Made by a program: the position numbers and the translations under genes
Assembly (NCBI GenBank): GCA_022813965.1
Contig: JALDZS010000018.1
Coordinates: 186,001-212,231 of the forward strand
DNA: 26,231 nt
Source: Toensbergia leucococca
Lineage: Eukaryota
Reading direction: 5' to 3'
Shown here: positions 20,468 through 26,231 of the stretch, one piece after another
How the letters are laid out: every line of letters starts with the position of its first letter
How positions within the stretch are numbered: the first letter of the stretch is position 1
Notes under the pieces: model-generated
What the model saw: only the letters and a program-made list of their open reading frames with translations
The model's database searches: none
What the model was told of the DNA's origin: nothing

Positions 20468-21890
20468 CTAGTACCCCCTCACAATGTCGGCAGCCACCAA
20501 GACAGGGTTGAAGGCCTGGAAAATAGCCTTGATACCTAAAGGCCCACCGTGGTAACCCGAGCGTGAAGGTAGTTTCTCATAGGGCGTAGTTCGGTACACA
20601 AAATGAAATACGACCGAGAACATGATCATCTCGATACAGAGGATCAGAGCTGGCAGTCCAACCGTGAGGTCATTGTAGGAAACCTTTTTAGTCGGCGTGA
20701 TATGGTTGCCTGCGTATGAGAAGATGAGCTGTAAAAGATTCGTATGTCAGCGCGGATCAGTACACGGTCCTAAGAACGGGGAAGGGCTACTTACACCCTG
20801 CACAACGTTGAGAAATACGATGGATTTGAACGCTAACAATTTGATCATAGGCTTGTGCTGAGTCATGTGCTGTTTGTTGAGGCTCGTATAGCGCAGCACA
20901 GCAACTACAGCGAGAGCGATGGAGGTCGAGCTTATGATCCCAATCTGAAAGTGCAAATTTCAGCACGCGGTTATTTTAACATAGTCATTGCAGCAACGTT
21001 GCCAGCCCACTTACCCAGAAATGAGCAAAGTGCCAACTGTCTGAATTAAGACAATACTTCCCAATGGCCTGTGTGATATCCATGAGAACAGCGCATAAGA
21101 GTGCGACGCCCATGTATTGCAGGACCCAGATACGAACTCTCTATTTAAAAAATTAGCATATGTCGGTCCACCGGACTAGGACTTGAAAAAGATACCCAAG
21201 CTGGTGGCGGTGGTTTAGGCGGGGTGACATTGTCTTGTGAGACGGTATCGACAGCACCTTCGCTGGTTTTACGGCCCATTACCTCAGGATTAGCCAGTAC
21301 ATAATCATCTTCCACGTGCGCTGCATAAAGATAGGCGCGGATCAGGAGGAAAAAATTCATGAGAGCAATGGACTCGCAGACACCCATCCATGGGGTGAGA
21401 TAGACGGCCGACGTTCCTAGGAAGATGCTGCCAAGTGAGAAGAGGGCAAAGACGGGTATGATAGCTGTGATTCGTATAATCCTGGGAAGCTGTCAGCTAA
21501 AAGTGAGTCTTGTGTTTCGGGGTGGTGTCCTACTTGATCTGCTCCCTAGGTTGGCTTAGATGCATGGCATGACGAATAATAAGCATCAAGGCTAGGATGG
21601 TGGCGATAGCTGCACATGCTGCGGCTATATATTCACAGAGATGCTGAAATGTTACAGAGCCTACGATCGGAGCAGCATCTACGGCAAAAGGCCGAATCAG
21701 CATGATTCTTAGGGTTTCCCAGGTTGTGACTCCACGTACCGTTGACTGGACTACGGAGGGGAGGACAAGTGGTCGATGATCCATGGCTTGTTGTTGCTGA
21801 TGCAGCGGCACTGAGTGATGCGATAGTCGAGCTTGCTGCTCCAGTTGTCGAGCTCGCCGCTGCAGTTAAACTGTGGTGATGGGCGACCAT
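20468..21890 (-). CDS. Organic solute transporter OST-alpha / TMEM184-family membrane protein (copy A), about 372 aa
   Basis: join(21890..21740,21678..21534,21481..21196,21140..21015,20944..20795,20728..20468); all introns GT-AG and in phase. Motifs: HAMHLSQPREQIKIIRI, CESIALMNFFLL, VLQY, YCLNS..FAHFW, KLLAFKSIVFL, YNDLTVGLPALILCIEM, YHGGPLGIKA. Confidence 0.92.
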
Positions 21891-22405
21891 ATTGAATCCA
21901 GAGCTAGTGGAAAGACCAGATGACAATAGAGAAGGCAATGAGGAGAAGGTGTACTTGAATCGAAGCAGCGGCAGCTACAGAGGATATTTAATGAAAAAGC
22001 CGGGGTAGGATCTACGAATATAGATGGACCATCAAGCTTTATGGACCCATATGACAGCCAGCCAATGTGCTCACTAAGGATGGGCTGTGTCTCTTGGCGG
22101 AATAACATCCAAGAAGAATGTGTTCAACAAGCTTGAACGGTAAAGGAAATTGAGGCAGTAAGTATACGCATGGTTAGTGTTTCGGAAATGACTACAGGAA
22201 GTGAGGCGTGGTGATTGGTTCATAGGTGAGAGCCATGCGATTCATGTGAAGCCAAAGTTTCAGCTTTGAATTGAAGCGGGAGCAGACGATGGCATTAGAT
22301 TGAAAATATGGATCCGATCAATACAATCCTTGAATAGGAGAGGAGGCTTTGCAACGTTATGAGGCTCCGCGGCTGGCTAATCGACTTTACCCCTTTCGGT
22401 TAGCC

Positions 22406-22436
22406 ATGCGATGCGATGCGATGCGATGCGATGCGA
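22406..22436. repeat. Pentanucleotide microsatellite (ATGCG)6
   Basis: atgcg repeated six times perfectly, in the intergenic region between the two OST-alpha genes. Confidence 0.95.
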
Positions 22437-23230
22437 GACAACAAGATAAATTATCGAAATACCAGTGGTACCTTACTTCAGCTTTCGTCCGTTCAAAACA
22501 CTCCAAATTAGTTGAGCTGACGGTAACGACTTCCAATAATCCTTGTCAATTAGACCGAGTCAGGAAGATGAAGATGACTCGAATAAAGTACTTGCTATCC
22601 TTGAATACTGACATAACCCTTCTTACTAGCAAGCCGCCTCTCAGCTCAGGGTGCAGAAATTGCCAGCAACCCAACGGAGGGCTTTGCCTGGCGGTTGCAT
22701 ATGGTGGGTAACCGGGTAATCCTTACGAATTACAATGCTCAAGTCCTTGTTCGTCACCAGAAGTTTACACTAGGAGCACTCAGCTCCAATATAGATTCTA
22801 GTCAATTGGATACCTTTGCTCCCGTGCTTGCCATGCGACATGATGAAATACGTCGACGCGGGAAAGAATCATACACCACTTCCGGAAACCAGACATTGAA
22901 TCTAATATTCAAGGAAAAGCAGAGCAAATATCAAGCTCAGCCCCGTTGGTCATGGCTGAGACTTCATCTCTGGCTCAATCATCCATGGTCTACCATCGCC
23001 AGAAACCCGATTTCGAATGCTGGAAGTTGAATGACTGAGGCTGTGTGGGGCTCAGTATACCGTACAGCTTGTTGTTTAACTAGCCGCTGGTGAGTAGTGG
23101 CCATATAATGTTAGTTGAACAAATCTTGTGTTTTAAGGCTCACACAATCTGCCGTTTGATAGGGCGCCTCCATCACATGATCGCACGACTAGCTGCATAA
23201 GAGAAAGCACTCGCATGGGTAGCAACAAGC

Positions 23231-23236
23231 TATAAA
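23231..23236 (+). promoter_or_regulatory. Putative TATA box of OST-alpha copy B
   Basis: TATAAA 138 nt upstream of ATG 23369, followed by a CT-rich tract at 23285-23312. Confidence 0.5.
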
Positions 23237-23368
23237 TTGGCAGCTATCCTCCTCGATCAACCGTTGCCTGACCTTCACAGCAAGCTCTCTCTGTCCTTCA
23301 CCTTATCTCTCTATACGTAGACAGAGTCACTGCAATAGCGTCACGGGAGATCATCTACGAGGACTATC

Positions 23369-24674
23369 ATGGCGGCGGTTTTCGGGTCATTGAACAACGA
23401 TTTTGCAACAGCCAACATCACAGATGTGATAGGATATGCGGAAATCAAATGCACACTATTACCTTTCTTCGGTATGTTACCACCTTAGGAACCTTGAGAA
23501 CGAACTTGAGAGGGAGGACTGAGTGAGTCTGCAGTCGCTACTGAGCCATACTCGTCTGGCTATACATATCACGACATCATCCTTATTGTTTCATCTGTGA
23601 CTACCGTCTTGTGTCTTATCTTCACAGTATCATTAGTCTCGGTGCAGCTTTCGAATTGGGTGAAACCTCGTGAACAGAAACAGTGAGTTGACCACCCATG
23701 CTGCCCGATATGAAATACTAATCCTGTCCTCAGAATTGTCCGAGTCATTCTTTTCCCAACCGTATTCGCCTTCTTTAACCTCTTCTCCGTCTGGTTCTAC
23801 GCAAAGTCTTGGATCCTACTCCCCTTTCCCGAACTTTATGAATGCTTCGCCCTGGTAGCAATGTTCTATCTTCTCGTCCTTTACGTCTCTCCCCATGACT
23901 CCACTCGAACCCATCACTTCCACAATCTCCAACGTCTCCACCAGTTTGGCCGTCATCGCGGTGAGCCCAAACATCAAAAGGGCAGTGTTCGATGGTTTCA
24001 GGTTTGTGGCTTGAATAACTCAAGCTCGAAAGACCAAAGCTGACGATACGAAGCTCCTCTGGGTTGGGGTATTCCAGGTTCTCCCCGTGAAACTGATCAC
24101 CAGTCTCATTGATTGGATCCTCTCGGCTTCTTGGTGTCCGCTTACATATCAGCTGAGCATAACTTCACTCGCCATCACCGTAGTCGAATCAGTATCAACA
24201 TCCATCTGTATCGCAAGCGTCATCATGTTCGCCAAGCGCGTGGCGCCCGATCTCAAAGGAACCAAGACCCGAGCAAAGTTAATCTCCTTCAAAGGCATCG
24301 TGGGTATTACCTTGACGCAAACCCCAGTCTTTGTCGGCATCGCTTCCTATGGTGTTTTTAAACGTACAAAGTACGTTGCGGTGTTAGACTTTACGGTTGG
24401 CACACCCGCTTTCATGACTTGCTGCGAAATGTTCATCATATCGGTGATCTTCCTGTGGACGTTCACAGCAGAGCCATACCTTGATTTGAGGTCATCTATG
24501 CCAAGATGTCGCAGTACTGGTGGTGCTTTGATGGAGGTTTTGGATATTAGAGATATTTTGATGGGGTGCTGGTCTATGGTGAAGATTGTCTTCTGCCGTG
24601 GGGATCGCCACCTTATGGATCATGACGGAAATGCTCTTGAGAATGAGCATCATGACATGACAAGCAAGGCGTAG
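23369..24674 (+). CDS. Organic solute transporter OST-alpha / TMEM184-family membrane protein (copy B), about 379 aa
   Basis: join(23369..23471,23535..23682,23734..24001,24054..24674). Motifs: NWVKPREQKQIVRVILFP, YECFALVAMFYLL, GSVRWFQ, GVFQ, KLISFKGIVG, DFTVGTPAFMTCCEM. Confidence 0.92.
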
Positions 24675-24894
24675 CCGGATGTAAGCACCTCTTGATATGC
24701 GCTGGTTTTGATTGCGACTATCTTGTACCTGAGTGTTTCAGTGACCTGATTGCACAGCGTCTTTATTAGATTAGAAGAATTTTGACACTACTTCTTTAGA
24801 TGAAAGAAATGTATGCCTTTCATATGCCCTTTGCCCTGAAGAGATCTAATGAAATTAGTTAGCGCCTTAACAATGTATAGGTAGTATATCTAGA

Positions 24895-25200
24895 TAGGCT
24901 GTTGATATCTGAACACCCACTTTTGATACCTGAACACTCACTCCCTCTCCTCTCACACCTTATCCGCATGATTCTATATCATGTTTGCAATCAACTCTCT
25001 ACCTTTATAAGTATCATTCATCTCTTTCACTCACATTCCCTTTAATAGCACAATCATTCAGGCAAAAAATCCTCATAATTTCACAAATGATTCTGACTTT
25101 CATCTTCACACCTTTATTTTATCTTATTTTGCTCACTTATTTAATCTTACTCACTCATCATAACTTTATCAGAAGAAGAAGATAGATCAGAAGGGTAAGA
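24895..25200 (+). mobile_element. Probable 5' fragment of a RIP-mutated Fot1/Pot2-like DNA transposon
   Basis: Starts near TA|GGCTG with a 19-nt direct repeat of period 21, TTGATA(T/C)CTGAACAC(C/T)CAC, at 24902-24920 and 24923-24941; repeats inside the terminal region are known in Fot1-type TIRs. This is followed by AT-rich sequence and catcATAACTTTATCAGAAGAAGAAGATAGA, which could be a mutated start (M..EEEDR). Confidence 0.5.
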
Positions 25201-25250
25201 AAGACTTGACAAATTTTGAAAATTTTTTGAGCTGTCTGAGGTTGAGGGGG

Positions 25251-25265
25251 TTAGGGTTAGGGTTA
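25251..25265 (+). repeat. Telomere-like repeat (TTAGGG)2TTA among TE relics
   Basis: gggg ttagggttagggtta. Confidence 0.65.
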
Positions 25266-25337
25266 ATGTAATACAAAGGCATGTTTTTTTTCTTCTCTAG
25301 GTGAATTTTTGCTTTTTTAATAAATAACATGTGAATA

Positions 25338-25955
25338 TTGTATCATCTGTTATGTAAAATATAGTCAGTTTATAAGATATACTGCGCTATAAGACATGAT
25401 TTTAAATTGATTTTAACAGACTAAGGGACTTTTAATCTGTAAGATATTATTTAGTAAGATATTATCTACATGTAAGAGAGAGGTCTCAGATATGTATTTC
25501 ACCTTCTCATCATTATTCTCATTGTTATTCTTATTATCAGTATCAAATATCTAAACTTTCTTCTTCTTTTATTTCTTCTCTTCTTTCTTCTTTTCTTCTT
25601 TCTTATTTTTATTCACTGAGTTAAGATTGATTGTTTTTAGTTCAGATCCTTTAGTTTAGTCCCTCATCTAAATATCTAATATATTTTTAACTTATAACTT
25701 CTTATCCTTACTCTTATTCACAGTTAGAAAAAGTTCTACTTGTCTGAAGGTTTTGCATATTAAGTCTGCTTTATCTCTATGCAGTTTCCTTCAAGCCTTA
25801 CTCACTCATTCTGTTAACATCACATATCTTTTATCTACACTGTACTTTTTAGAAGCATACTTCTTATGATATTTATTATAATGCTCATCAGTTAGTTCAG
25901 TAATTTCTTTCTTCAGAGATTTGTTGATTGACACATTCAAGACCTGAATGAATTC
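25338..25955 (-). mobile_element. RIP-inactivated pogo-family (DDE_1) transposon: C-terminal transposase relic plus 3' TIR
   Basis: Minus frame from 25952: FIQVLNVSINKSLKKEITELTDEHYNKYHKKYASKKYSVDKRYVMLTE*VSKA*RKLHRDKADLICKTFRQVELFLTVNKSKDKKL*VKNI. This is a transition-mutated form of the pogo Q.LDVS.NKPLK..RRV.LT.WVG.AW..F..GLSL..DGSED motif series. Terminus TA|TTGTATCATCTGTTA at 25336-25352 matches the TIR at 866. Confidence 0.9.
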
Positions 25956-26231
25956 AAAAAGGGGCTCAAAACAATGACAATGAGAATTCTTAGCAGAAGA
26001 ATAAAGATCTATTGATTTAATCTATTTCTTTAAGGGAGTATAAGAGAGAGTGATGACTATCTGTAAGAGTCTCTTTTGAGATTCTGAATTCTGAGTATAA
26101 TTAGAAGATGTCTAACTATCTAGATGTGAAATCACTAAATATATTATAGTGATGTTAAGTCACTTAGAGTTGCTTGCTTGTCTAATCTCATTTAACTACC
26201 TTAGCCCTAAGAAAGCACTATAATAATTGCT
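25956..26231. mobile_element. AT-rich RIP-like relic interrupting or truncating the pogo element; family unresolved
   Basis: The transposase frame loses the expected upstream PPGCTG-type motif at about 25955. The sequence beyond is TpA-rich, CpG-free and full of stops. Confidence 0.5.

Noticed and set aside
1..26231. Starship element, CRISPR array, rRNA or tRNA genes
   Set aside because: No tyrosine-recombinase captain, repeat-spacer array or structured RNA gene was recognisable in the window; being cargo of a larger element cannot be excluded from this window alone.

Overview
Intron-containing DNA from a filamentous ascomycete (Pezizomycotina-type splice signals), with the look of an accessory, TE-adjacent region. 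Six apparently intact genes: a small secreted Cys-rich DPBB (GH45/expansin-like) protein, an uncharacterised protein with a helical N-terminus and a Zn-finger-like C-terminus, a PLP-dependent class-V aminotransferase/cysteine-desulfurase-like gene with a GC-AG intron, a divergently transcribed Zn(II)2Cys6 transcription factor, and a head-to-head pair of diverged OST-alpha/TMEM184-family membrane proteins. A seventh gene, HeLo-like N-terminus plus ankyrin repeats (fungal NLR-related, no NACHT seen), is intact except for one in-frame TGA that a 30-nt GT-AG segment would exactly remove. Elements the ORF track misses: a transition-riddled MATE transporter pseudogene, a probable decayed gene at about 4.5-6.35 kb, a 440-bp internally deleted pogo-like element with TIRs and TA target duplication, a RIP-mutated pogo transposase relic of a related family at the right end, and other AT-rich relics. 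All gene models and family calls were made by eye; no searches were run.
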